Assembly: GCA_024679065.1 (NCBI GenBank)
Contig: JAGIQG010000022.1
Location: 30,070,001-30,134,000, forward strand
Reading direction: 5' to 3'
From: Sphyrna mokarran
Lineage: Eukaryota
Length of the DNA: 64,000 nt
Position 1 is the stretch's first letter. Every line of letters begins with the position of its first letter. Below, piece after piece: positions 1-12,749 of this stretch. The notes below the pieces were generated by a model. That model did not search any database, had not been told where the DNA came from, and saw only the letters and a list, made by a program, of their open reading frames with translations. Both the position numbers and the translations under genes were made by a program.

Positions 1-900
1 CAAAGTGGACGGGGTTCTCGCGAAAAAAAAAGGCTCGTCGCGATTTTGAACCTATTCAAGCAACACTTTCCCCTGAAGAAATGCAATCCGTTCTCCAGAT
101 CGGGTCTTACTATTGCAGCACTTGTGGCGACAAGCGATGGGGGCAAGAGTGGAGGGAGTGATTGTGTGTGTGTGTGGACAAAAAAATTACAACCTGACAC
201 CTAATAATTCGTTATTTTGACAACGGGATTGAAAGCACGTTGAAGAAATTCCTCCAGGCTTTAATCACAGTCCTCGCTAATCGCACTGTGACTCTTGCTG
301 GAGAGGCTGTTCAGAGTGTTGGGGTTGGGGGCGGGGTGGGGGACATTGGGAGAGAGAATTGTTTGTAATAAAGATGGAGTTTAAAAGATTTACTATGTGG
401 CGGTCAGGGTTAAGCAGCCAGTACAGCGGTACTTCATCATGCAAGAGGCATTGGAGATTATCTACTCTGCTTGGATGCATTATCATAAAAAGTGATTTAA
501 AACTGATTGATGCAAATGGTTCTCAGTTCTTTTTTATATCATTAATGGGCGCTTTCAGTGGCCAGAGGCAGTGATTAAGACTGTCATTTAGGGGCAGCTC
601 ATTAAAGGCAAGGATGGGAGCTTTTTTGAGGGGGGGCGTTGTGGAAGTGGACTGTGATATTTTAAAGACGAAGCCCCCCCCCCGCACTCCCCTCACTCTA
701 GCCCCCACCCCCGCTGCCACCACTACCCAGTGCCTTACTGTGGGATTAGCATCTGCCAAACAAATTACAGTATGTTTGATGTTTGACATGTTGGTCCTGA
801 TTTTATTTTAATGGAGGAGCTCGGACGAGTTCCTTGGTTCCCCTGCTGAGCTCAGTGTTGGGGAAAGTGTGAAGCGGCGGCAGGGCTGAAGGACGCTGCT
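1..900. promoter_or_regulatory. CpG-enriched, G/C-run-rich repeat-free region, probably promoter-proximal or start of a first intron
   Basis: Visibly more CG dinucleotides than most of the window (tctcgcg, gctcgtcgcg, gaagcggcgg), GC-box-like gggggcgggg near 326-336, no recognisable TE. Function is inference only. Confidence 0.35.
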
Positions 901-2949
901 GATTTTCAATCAATTTTTTAAAAAATTAAAAAAAAATCCTCCTTTCTTTTTGTGGAGGGGAAAGTAAGAAATCTTAATTGTGGACTTCCACCCCAAATGC
1001 CTCTAATGTACAAACTGAGATTATTCTGTTCCAGCATTAAACCTGTTTCTCTGACCTTTTGTATTTTCCAATCAAAGCATATATTACCTTTCTATTAAAT
1101 TATAGGCTTTTATTACACACACTGACATATGTAGATTGCTGGCATCCTGTTCCATGCGCGATAAATCATGTAACTCGACACAGACAGAACAGAGTTAATT
1201 AGTATTTACAGCGAATCAAGTGGATTAGATATTTCAGTGTTATTAAAAGTGGGATTTTTTTTTGGTTGGGGAGGGGAGAGATGCTGTACTTTGTTCAGAC
1301 AATGTGTCCTAAACGAACTGAGTGACTTGCTGAGAAACATAGATTGCCGGGAGTAAGGAGACCATCCATTTCTGCAGACTGGTGTTAATCAGAGAAATGT
1401 AGACTCGTGGTAGACTAGGGCTCTTGTGTTTATTTGTTCAGATATTTACACAAACACATTCATGTCATTTCATCTCGCAGCCAGCGCCTTTACAATGCCG
1501 CATGTTATCAGTTTACCCTCACCGGCAGCTATCGGAGAGGAAACATTTGATACAAGAATGAAGGCAGCGAGAGAAATCTACTGGAAGATCTCAAACCTCT
1601 GTACACAGACACCAAAGCTAGTGGAGTCTTTGAACTGGAAATAACAGCACTCTTCTGAGACCAATTTCATAAAAATTTGAAGCCTGTTTTTATTGGCCAT
1701 TAAAGGAACCTTTATTTTATAAGGGAATGTTGCAGTAATTGCTTTTTACGAAGAGTACTTTGTAACACACATGAGCACTTGAAAGAGGAGCCATTCTGAT
1801 GTTGTCTACCGGGACTCGGTGGCGCAATTAATTTTGCTCCATCTGTTCTTGGGACTTTAAAGGAAAATGGATTTTTTTTTGTTGAGTGTATTTTAATGAA
1901 GAAGATAAAGTGTGGCATTGATGTCCCACAGGCTTGGTGCAGTAAGTTCAAATTATTGCTCAGTCTGTCAGGACGGGCTGCTTCCTCTGAGGCTGACATG
2001 ACAGGCAGCTCAGGTCTGCCCTGAGTGTGCCACTCTAGGTGACAAACAGCCGCTTGGCTTCTGGTGAGGCACTATTAAAATGTCAGTCTCCAATGACGAA
2101 GAGTCCAGGTGGGTCCCTCCTGGACGCAAGATACTTCCAGTCTGAGCTAATGCCTCACTGCAGGACCTTATCAGCGCCGCCCCAGCCGAAAGATCTTGCC
2201 TTCACATCTTATTATCTGTGGGGAGGCGGGGGGGGGGGTGTTAAAACTGCCTTATAGTCCCATTATTCTCGTGCAGTGGTTCAAGGGTAAAGCTTTATTG
2301 CTTCGAAGCTTTGTTCATTCAGCAGCATTGGCTTCTGAGGCAATTCTTTAACCCACAATCATTCATGATGATAAAGGCCGGTTCCTTGACTGCTTTAAAT
2401 CACAGTGTGCTGCCTGTACTTTAATAACTATTTCCAAAGAGCTATTCAGTTTACCACACACACATGTTATTGAGCATGCCACCAGAAGCACAATTTCCCA
2501 ATCCAATCTCACTGTAAATTACTGAACCTTTTTTTTCTCTTGATGAAGGACTCTAACATTTGATGGTCGCTATCCTGGTGATTCAAAAATTATGATCTAA
2601 AACATTTACTGGAAGAATGAGATGTTTTAATATATCTGTTGGAACCATTCAGGAAGCACAATTAAATATTATAAATTAATACATTGTCATATTTAATTCT
2701 TTTATATTTAGAATTATTTCAGCTTTTGTCTTTAAGAAACAATAATCAGAGTATTTGTTCTTGTTTGGTCAGCTGTTAATATTTTCATGAAGGAATGCAC
2801 TTTGTAGATATAAAAACAAAACCCATTTCCACTTGCCAACTCCTGTTACAAAACAGCAGAATTTTTGAAACGCGTTAAAACAATTTAGTAGGCGCAGTGC
2901 TATGGTCAGGGAATTGAATATACATAAGTGAAGATTAGTTGTCTGAAAG

Positions 2950-3135
2950 ATCTCCGGTTTTCCATTCCTTGCCCTACAAATTGGAGCTCAGTGCAGCAAA
3001 GGACACTTTTACTACACGGATTCCAGCGGCTTCGAGAAAGGCAGCTTACCACCACCTTCTCAAGTGCAGTCGGGGAAGGGCGATAAATGTTGATCATGCC
3101 TGTGACATCCATATCCTGTAAATAATGAATAAAGG
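2950..3135 (+). mobile_element. 3' end of a CR1/L2-group LINE
   Basis: Translates to ...RKAAYHHLLK, then ataaatg...cacatcc-like tail and aataaa. Same tail family recurs at 22345, 53330, 62358 and around 15841. Confidence 0.7.
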
Positions 3136-3954
3136 ATAAAGCACACTTCACTCAGACACAGTTAATTTAGTGGCATAGTGGACAAAAACACAGGTTTTTT
3201 TTCATCCCCTCCTTTGAGTATTCTGTAGATCTTGGTTACGTTCTTATGATCCAGTGAATCTTCCGGAATTAAATCTATCCTGTGCTTTGTTAAATTGTGA
3301 GGTAGCTTATTGCTTGAAGGTTAATTGGCAACTTGTTTAATTATTAGATCTCAATCCTCCTTAATAAATATTTGCTGTCAAGCTACCATAAGCAGCAATT
3401 TACATTGACAAGGGGAACACTTTAGTTTGTTGCTATCTCATGAGTGTCGCTGAGACATGATAGTGAGTGAATGTATTAACACCCCTATTTAAGCACTTCT
3501 CTGCTGGCTCATTTGTCCCTTCCAAGGTGCCAGATTCAGCACTTTTACAGTGTTGCAGACATGTTAAACAATTATTGCATTTTTTTACACCATTGTGTTG
3601 TAGTAAAAGAGCATATCCCAAAATTTCATTGTAACATATTCTATGAACTACATCCCCAAATAAGTTCAATCTTGAAGCAATGTCACAGACTTTATAACTT
3701 CACTTGTAATCATAGAAGCCCTCCAATATTCTTGTACCACCATTTCAGTCTATGAGGCACATAAACCTCCTGTTCATTTTCCTTCTCACCTATGCCAAAG
3801 CCAGACTATCTTCACTTATTGTGTAGTTTGGCACAGGTAAAGATTTTGAGGATACTATCATGTGAATCATCAGTTCTCTATCAGGATGTCTCTTAAGTGA
3901 TTTACTGGGGATACCTTTTCTCTCGTACTGGATGGCAAGTGGTCAAAATTGGAT

Positions 3955-4050
3955 TTATGAAAGGCCTTTCACATCTCTAGAAGAATTCCACATTCACAGC
4001 AGGACTTATGAAATGTAGTCATTTGTGTAATGTAGGAAAATAGGCAGCCC
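3955..4050 (-). mobile_element. Decayed Deu-domain SINE 3' tail fragment
   Basis: gcctttcac...gaaatgtagtcatttgtgtaatgtaggaaa...gcagcc is the reverse complement of the tail of the 6105-6458 copy. Confidence 0.4.
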
Positions 4051-6104
4051 GTTCTCAAGGATAAGAATAAAAAATTACATATTTTGTGGAGTGTTCCTAA
4101 ACCTGATGGATGTGTACCCAATGTAAAAGAATGTTGCCCCCTTTTGATTGTGGCTATTTAGTTTTTGAAGTTTATAATTTTTGCTATCCAGAACAATTTG
4201 GGAATGACCTAGGTATAAAATGGGAGCTTAATGTTCAAGTTGCATATGATGGCTGATCTTGTTAGAGCAACACTAACAGAGCATCATATGCATTGATAAA
4301 GACAGTGTGGAAGTCTTTCACTTGTCCAAAGCACTTACCTTCATGCCTTGAGAGCACTGCAGATTTTCGTCACTTGGAAAATATCAATATAATCATGGGT
4401 ATTTTGCATCTAAGAAACCTGCAGCAATTCAGTGACTATGGATACTCTCATCATCTGTGAGGATGAATGCTGTGGGCATGTTAATGTTTAAGCACTGCCT
4501 GCCTTCACATGTTACAACTGATTGCCAGCTGGTTTATATCAATTCAGCGAGTCATTTAGTTACCAGTTACGATAAGCTAAGTATAGAAATAATTTTAGAC
4601 AAGTCGCTGCCATGTTTTATCAAGTGCTGTACTTCTAGATAACCGAGTCCACCGTTTGCAGACTTGACCTGACTCCATTAGTATCCTGTTCCTGAGCCGA
4701 TGCAATTCCAATGATTTGAATTGCTATCGTTGGAATTTGAGTTCTGTGAATTTATGCTTAAGGATGGGGCATTGATCTTCACCGAGGGCATTTTACCTGG
4801 AGTGCATTTTAGCCTGCAGTCAGCAGTGATTGCTATCGGACGGTTGCTGCCCATAGCCAAGACTGAACAGTTTCTGTAGCCTGTGGCGTGTTAAAAATCA
4901 GTTTATGTCTGTGTGAAAATCTTCCCGGTCATAAAATTCCAGATATTCTTTTGATAGAAATTGTTTCTCAATGTTGAAAGAAATTGAGTTTTAGCGCACT
5001 CCGCCATTATGAAAACCCAGACTGAATCTAGTTAGAAATATAAAAGGCACTTTAAAATGCAGTACAAGCTGGCATACTGTCAACAACTATAATAACCATG
5101 GCTTTCATATCCAAAGACTGGCTTCAGGCGGAAATCCAAGCTGTCGCTAGACTGGGTCTGGTCACATCTTCTTGGGCTTGCAACATCCAATGCTGCCAAG
5201 TTTCAGACCTCTCTCAATATTGCCCAACTCCCCTGTGCTCCTTCAGTATCCCCATATCTTAGCACCTCTTTATTCTGACTACTTCACACTAGGGGTTCTA
5301 CTTTATTTTGTCTTCCCTAGTACTGCCAAACTGCTCTTCTCCCAGACACCCGTTAACTTGACACTCTGGACATCTTCCTGGCCCCAATACCAATTGCTTG
5401 TGCCACATTGTCATTTCCAAACCTTTGGACATTGCAGCAACAACCAGACGCCAGGAATTGTCCAGTCAACCAAAAATGATATTCCAAAATGATAGTACAA
5501 TGTTACTAAGTTGCAGAATCCATTTACTGTTGCAATGCAGAAACACCACTCATTGTTATCGAGAGTGCAAAAACAGCATTGCGCAATCCCACCTGCTCTC
5601 TGTTATATGTATTTAGATCCAATCTCTTACATAAGTAAATACCTTATTTTTATATGGCTCAAGAAACTGTTGCACATTATACTAAAGACCTCTCAAAGTA
5701 AATACTGCCAAAGTTGTAGACCATGAGTAAAAATCTGCATGTGAGTTAATATTATTCCATTACTTTAAGCAAGTGGCCTTGATGTGATGTTTACATGGCA
5801 AGATGTCATTGTTTCCTTACCACAAGCAACATCACAGCAGCTATGTCAGGAACATGTTTCATGTTTGGCTTGCATCATTAGACACTTCACGTAAAACTTG
5901 TGTAACGCACATAATCATTGTTATCATCAGATTCCCTATAATACAAGGACATTTCTTTGTCCTATCCTTGCCAGCAGATTGATTCTAGCCACGGATCCAA
6001 ACCTGAAATGCTGTCTCCTGAATAACTGCTCAGTGTAATGCTCTGCTGAAGCACATTATAGATAAAATTTACGTTTACATGATACTTAAATTATACAATT
6101 GTCC

Positions 6105-6458
6105 GTAAAAGATTGAGGGTCCAAGTCCTGCTCTGAGACTAAACATAAAGAACTGACACTCAGTGTTGTACTGTAGGTGTGTTGCATTGTTGACAGTGCC
6201 CTCTTTCTCATGAGACATTAACTGAGATCCTTTGTTTGTCCTCCCCCATCGAAGAAGAGCAGAATAATTCTTCCTGGTTCCCTGGCCAAAACAGATTATC
6301 ACATTGATTTTATGTGGGAGCTTTCTGTGTACCAGTTGATTGTCACATTACCTATCTTACAACAGTAACTAGATTTCAGAAATGCTTAATTAACTGTCAA
6401 GCACTTTAGGATGCCCTGAGAGAGTGAACAGAGTCATATAAATGTGAGTTCTTTTTTT
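6105..6458 (+). mobile_element. Deu-domain SINE (SacSINE1/AmnSINE1-related)
   Basis: Deu-like core gaagaagagcag...cctggccaa...aaacagattatcacattg...tgtgggagctt, then tail acaacagtaacta...agcactttaggatg...atataaatg and a T-run. Confidence 0.7.
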
Positions 6459-7576
6459 AATATGACATTTTGCATAACATGATATAATGTTCCTGCTGTC
6501 TTTTATAAATGACACTATTTGACTTATCAAGAGCAACATAACTGGAGATTCCCCGAATATGTACTTTTTAATGATGTGCAACATTATTGTATTGAGCAGA
6601 GAACAAGAAATGTGTATAAAGCTAAGACAAATCATCCCATCATCACATTAAATTCTGTGATGTGTAGCTACCACTCAATGTTTTAACTAACTACCATCTG
6701 TCATGCTCTTCAATGGGTGCTCCAGCACAGAAAACAGCTGGCGCTGAACCAAGTCATGATAAACTATCTCCAGACTAGTTTTGCCATTAAGCAATTTTTT
6801 TTTGCTGTAAATATTTAATAAATGAATCCCTGTAAAGTCGTTAAACTCGAGATGAGCAAATGGCCCCTCAATGTATTGCAACCAAATCCTAACTGTTATG
6901 ATTATGATTCTGCCATCCAGTTCTGCCGCAAAGTAAAAACTTGGCCGTGGTCCACATTTCCATTTTGCTATTAAGATACAAAGGAATGAAAGGCATGCGT
7001 ATCTGGAGTAGTCTAGTTCACCTGCTGAATGGCCTACTCCAGCTGTTATGCTAAGCTTCCAAATTTGGAACTGCTTGAATTTTGGGCTAAAATTTGCACT
7101 CATCCTCATGTGTGCAAATGGGATAAAAAGAGACTCGGGCTCAAGAGATCTCTTTAAGAGGCATTTACTGTTGCCAGGGGTTTTGATGTTTTCCAGCCAA
7201 TTCCTGCATGCTCGGGAACATCACCACAGTTACCGACACTACCAATAGTGCACTGATATTCATGACCTAATGCCTTTTGATTCACCAACAACCAATATTC
7301 CTCCAGCTAAACAATGTGGCTTTTGTTGCTTTTTGAGTATGTTGGTCACAGTGGGGGAGGTAAGGAAGTAGAAATGGAATGATCCAAGCACCAATCAATT
7401 CTCTCAGTGTCTGTGTGGATGTCATGACATCATTATATTACTGATTGAGATTGTTTTGGTATTGTTGTCCATTTGCAAATCAAATGGGCATTTTTTAAAT
7501 ACGTTTTTGTGAAGGGAACAGAACTTGTCTTTAGAAAACAGTGGTGAGGAATGTTTATTTTCTCAAAACAGTTGAA

Positions 7577-8205
7577 CTTGATTTGATTTATTATTGTCAT
7601 GTGTATTGGGATACAGTGAAATGTATTGTTTCTTGCACGCTTTGCAGACAAACCATATCATACAAATGGTACATAGAAGAGAAGGAAAGGAGAGGGTGCT
7701 GCATATAGTGTTGCAGTTACAGATGAGATTTTTTAAAAATTTGATTTGATTATTGTCACGTATTGGGATACAATGAAAAATATTGGTTCTTGCACGCTAT
7801 ACAGACGAAGCATACCATTCATAACGTGTAAAGGGGAGAAGGAAAGGAATGGGTGAAGCACATAGTGTTGCAGTTACAGATAGAGGTTTTTATTTGATTT
7901 GTTGTTAGTATTGGGATACAGTGAAAAATATTATTTCTCACTGACAAACCGTACCATACACAGGTTCCATAGGAGAGAAAGTGTAGTATGTAGTGTTGCA
8001 GTTACAGATGAGGTTTTTTATTTGATTTTATTATTGTCACATTACCGTGAAATAGTATTTCTTGCGCGCTAAACGAACAAAGCATACTGTACATAGAGTA
8101 TATAGGGGAAAACGAAAGGAGAGGATGCAGAATATAGTGTTACAGTCATACTCAGGGTGTAGAGAAAGATCAGCTTAATATATGGTTATTCAAAAGTCTG
8201 ATGGA
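7577..8205 (-). repeat. Four diverged tandem copies (about 125-185 bp) of a Rex1/Babar LINE 3' UTR
   Basis: Unit ttgatttg...tattgggatacagtgaaa...atagtgttgcagttacagat starts near 7577, 7740, 7890 and 8018. It is the reverse complement of the Rex-like 3' end at 53100-53252. Confidence 0.8.
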
Positions 8206-9819
8206 AATCCTTTCCTCCTAAATGTCCAGAAGGCAGTGTGAAGTGAGTAAGCCATTAAAATGGGGGCTTGTTAAAACCGAACCTTTAGCCTGATCCCCAA
8301 TCCCCACATCATTCTTCTTGAAAAGCTCAAAGCTTACTGAAATAGCAGCAGCAGCAGCTCCTGAACGTAGCAACAATAATCAAAAAAGACAGCAGCTGAG
8401 GCACTAGTTAGCGGCAAATCAGAGCCTTTTAGGGAACTAATGAGCTACAAGCAAGGCTTTGAATTTGCAATTCTAGTGCAGGCGAAGGAGTGGATTTGTC
8501 GCTGTCTGCATTTCTTTCCTCATTGATCCGCTCACTTTAGAGACGGCTCTCGCCCCACACTGGGCAGCAGGTGTGAGTCATCTCCTTCTGCTCAAATGGT
8601 TATTAGCTGATGATGAGCGGGACAAATCTCCGGTCATCCATCCAACTGTGAGGGTTCAGAGGTCCTCGGATTCAGGATTCCCAAGAGAGCCAGAGATTAT
8701 ATAGCTTTACCTGCAAGCTGGAATTGAAAAGATCTGCAGTAGAGGGGAGTCCTGTCAAACACATCACGCTGAGACACTTATTGTTATTTTATTGCTCTTT
8801 GTTGACAGCCCAGGCAAGACTGAAAAGCTTTCACGTTTATTCAGTTTTTTTTAAAGAAAAACCCGAGTGTTTGTAGGAATTGTTTGATAAATGCAGTAAT
8901 GAGGACAAGATCATCTCTGTTGTATTTTTTTGCTCCTTGAAATGGTAACACATTTAACTTTGTCTAACATTTACTGCAAAAATCTGTTTTATAGGCACCA
9001 TAAGTAATATATAATAGCCACTTGCAGCCACTGGCTTCATCTGTGCAGTATAGCTACAGACTCTAATAAGTTACATTCAGATGCCTGGAGACATTGTCTC
9101 AGTGTAGGGCAGCGACCAACAAACACAGCACATTGGAAATTTTTCAGGTTGTGATTTAATGTTATTAGTCTCCTACCTGCCGTAACAGAGCATAAGGAAG
9201 CTGCTGGCTTCGTACCCTTTGAAGATTAACCCATTCAGTGGCCCGTGGTCTCATTCACATCATTGTTAATGCCAGGCTGAATATCACAGAACAAACTGGG
9301 TTAATTTAACACACGTGTGTTTGCGTACATTTTGCACATTGGTCTCCAAACCCAACCAAAGGGACCTCAGTCCTGGAAACTTCCAAATGTCACTTAAACC
9401 CAAAATGTGCTTTTATGTCATTAGGATGTCAGTATTATTCAAGCCTTAAATACACCATGTGTTGTATTTGTTTTTTTTGTCATGTGGGTATAATGCCACT
9501 GCCCTGTCACAGGAAGGCAGAATACAGGCTGATGATGGAAACTAATGTTTCAATTAAATGTTAAATATTAGTAGGTTTTTTTTGGTGCCACCAAAGAGAG
9601 AGAGGCTGGGATAGCTGGTACGTTGTAAGTTTAGCCTCTTTGTGCAAGTCGTTAATGCAATTTTTCCAGTCCCTGGCCTGCACAGACTTTGCTGGCCGTC
9701 AGAGAATGCCTGGCAGTCAGAAAACAGTCGATCACGCATTCTGTCGCCTGGCATTCGAGTTCACAATGCAGTCCATTCACAATGTAAGCATGCAGCATAG
9801 CTTTGTAATATAAGTGCAA

Positions 9820-10004
9820 CATGAGGCACCAGTAGGCTATGTTTACTTTCATAGAGGCACAGACACAATGTTGAGGTGAAAATGTCGAACTTTATTGCAG
9901 TAACCAAAACAACCGTGCAAAGCCATAAAACAAGATGGCTGCAGCCATGAGGGAATCCCTGGCTCCCATGCACCAACCTATAGAGGTAACCTACAGTGCT
10001 GCGA
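9820..10004 (-). repeat. 3' LTR of the Gypsy element (left edge uncertain)
   Basis: aaacaagatggctgcagccatgagggaatccc...taacctacagtgctgc aligns with 14080-14150. Minus-strand AATAAA at 9891-9896, and it abuts the PPT GGAGAGAGAGAAAAAGAGAGA. Confidence 0.65.
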
Positions 10005-10419
10005 TCTCTCTTTTTCTCTCTCTCCTGTACATAACAGATCCATTTTGTGCTAACGTGCCCCGAAAAGAAACACCCGAGATGAATGCATGTAAACAATATT
10101 CTCATATAAAAATGCTTTCACAAACGACTTAGTCAAAAAGCCTACATAAGCGCAAGAAACAAAGATGTCTTTGATAAAGGCAGCTCAAACGCCAACGTAA
10201 AATGCCAACAAATGGTGGATGTACAGGGCACACAGACACACATCACAGGGGTGAACTAACCTGGAGCCACTGAGGTTTATTAAACAGCCAGATCAATCCA
10301 GAAGTATAAAATTACATAGTCTGGGAACATCTCTGATGAGTGGAATGTCTTAAATCACTCATCAAAGGAACAAATCTGCTGGTATACTGATGCAGCTGGT
10401 TAGGTCAACTACAAGGAAC

Positions 10420-10755
10420 CATGGTAATGCATTGCTAATGTCACTGCACTAGTGATCCAGAGGCTAAGGCTGATGGCTACGGGAGGGGGTGATATAAATT
10501 CATTTTGAAATCTGGAATTGAAAGCTAGTGCTAGTAATGGTGACCATGAAACTAGCATTGATTGTATCAAAAAGGTTCACTTAAGTCCAGTGAAGAAGGA
10601 AATCGGCCATCCTTGCCTGGTTTGGTCTACAATAACGTGGTTGACTTTGAACTGCTCTCTGAAATGGCCTAGCAAGCCTCTCACTTTAAGGGCAAATAGA
10701 GAAGGGCAACAAATTCTGGCTCTGCCGGCAATCCAAGAAAGAACTTTAAAAAAAC
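10420..10755 (+). mobile_element. tRNA-derived SINE with CR1/L2-group LINE tail, inserted in the Gypsy pol relic
   Basis: aatgtcactgcactagtgatccagagg...tctggaattgaaagctag...gaaggaaatcggccatcctt...aagggcaaatag...A-tail. Same family on the minus strand at 27420-27770. Confidence 0.7.
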
Positions 10756-10799
10756 CAGTGCAATCAGATCAGGAGCCTGAGGACCAGAGTGGGTGATGA

Positions 10800-12500
10800 A
10801 CACAGTTTCTCAGAGATCTGCACACAAGATTTGCTGCCCATGAGGACACAAGGAACCAGGCTTAGACTGCACAATATATAATCTGAAATGCTTGAAAGAG
10901 GTTGTATTAGTCAGAACTTGAACTTTGCAAACTTTGATCTGATGAGTACATAGTTTGGTACTGAAAAAGATGGCAAGTTTGAATCTGTTGCCACAGGTCT
11001 CATACTGGGTATATGCAGTGCCATGCTGATTAACAGTTCAGAGTTGATCGCCTGGATAGGGAAAGCTAATGGTTTTGGTGGATGAAAAACCAGATTTAAC
11101 CAACTGAAAACTTGTTCGGAGATCATCTGTCAACTCAATCCTTTCACTAGACTGGAGGCCAACATGAAGTTTCCAAGGGGGCTGAGGCACAGTGAGAGAG
11201 GACTCTTGAAAGCATTTTTTAGGCTCTGATGAAAGATTACATGCAGAAACCTTCTTTGTTGGAGTGCAGGTTGAGCAGGTGGCTATAGGCTGTGGGCTAG
11301 CTTACACGGTATTCTGGGACCAATTCCTTCCTGGAATAGTTGTAGTCTTAGGGTAAATGGGTCACATTATGAAGGAGAATTAGTACATATTTGCTAGTTT
11401 TGATGATGTTCTTTAAGACTGTTTGAGGTCATCTGTAAGTTTGACGACGATGCCGTTCACTAGAAGATTACCTAGAGCACATCTCAAGGGCAGTGTCAGA
11501 CCAATGGCAGATTACGCATATGCACAAACACCTTTGTAATGTGTAATCTCTCCATAGTATTTCATGAAAGAGTGTGCTAATTGAATCTGGTAAAATGTGT
11601 TGGCTTGATCTGCTGCAGTGTTTCCACTGGACAATCTTGCAAATGGTTGAGACAACATATGGCATGAGTTAAGATTGCAGTTTACTGCAGTACCCAATAT
11701 TGGCTATAACAAGTCAAAAACTACCATTCAACTTCTTAACAAGGAATAATAAGGAGGACTCCACAGTGAACCCCACATCTTCAGACCAAACAAAAGATGC
11801 TAAGTCTTTGAAAATTTTTGTTGTAGCTCAAGTTTGTTTCCAGTATGCTCAAAGGGGTGACCTTTCTTTTGTAGTGGTTGTATGGATCCCATATTACACT
11901 AGTCTTGAGAGGTCTGGGCTTGCCATTGTAACCTGGGAATTTTGGATCAAAGACATCATCATATTCTTGAAGGGGGGTGTGGAACTGAGAATGTGTGCGC
12001 CTAGGCAGGATATGATCCAGATTCATAAGAACAGATTCAGAAAACGGTTGATGGTGCTCTTGCTAGCATTGCCTGGGTGGCTTCTTATACTTTGGTCCTG
12101 AGGGGAGAGAGGATGGTTCAACTCAGATGTTGTGAGGTATGCAAGATCATCAGATATGATCATCCCCTGGATAAATCACTGTTGACCTTGAGGGAGTGGA
12201 ATGTACACGGGCTGGCCTCAATCCGCAAAAGGAAGGATGGCATTGATAAACTTTTAGCGGCCGATTTGACACATCATTGATTTTGATGAATAGGCTGCCT
12301 GCAAGGACCTCCACATCAAGGCTCTCCATGAAGAGCCCTTCAAAGACAAGGTTGTGATGGTCTCCGGACAAAAAGAAGTAGGTTTCACCAACCACGTGTA
12401 AAAAGTGACAAATCATCAGCCTGGTGAACAGATTGGGATGAATTCCTGACTGGAACACTGAGATTCATAGCCACGGAAGCACAGATCATGTTGCTAGTGG
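10800..12500 (-). pseudogene. pol: Gypsy pol relic (aspartic protease, RT, RNase H)
   Basis: Peptides LHVVGETYFFLS...LDVEVLAG (protease C-terminus), EYDDVFDPKFPGYNG, TFYQIQLAHSFMKYYGEITHYKG, IVVKLTDDL (catalytic DD near 11425-11445) and GSKSCVQISEKL (RNase H-like). Fragmented. Confidence 0.8.
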
Positions 12501-12749
12501 CTCCGATATCAGTGGTCACCTGACCAGCATGGTGCTCGAAGACTGTCTATAGTAGGATGACTCATGGATCTGCAGCTCATTCCAACCATCAGCAGATCCC
12601 TCATCCCCTTTACCTAAGTGAGCATCTGAGATGCTATCATTGTTATCATCATCTAAGGTAGCAGCTATCTTATGAGTTTTAGCCATATATTGGCAGCCTT
12701 GGGCTGGAATTATCCCATCCCGCCCGCCATGGGAATCGTCACAGCGTGA

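Noticed and set aside
7577-8205. CRISPR-like array
   Set aside because: Units are long, fully homologous and LINE-derived, with no constant repeat plus unique spacer pattern and no cas genes, in a eukaryotic context.
10333-10364. Hairpin tgatgagtg...cactcatca containing CTGATGA (snoRNA box or hammerhead)
   Set aside because: No GAAA/UH core or box D arrangement; a 9-bp stem inside a decayed retroelement can arise by chance.
11226-11255. CTGATGA...GAAAC as another hammerhead
   Set aside because: The intervening sequence cannot form stem II and there is no stem I. It is the antisense of the Gypsy pol SFI(G/R)A segment.
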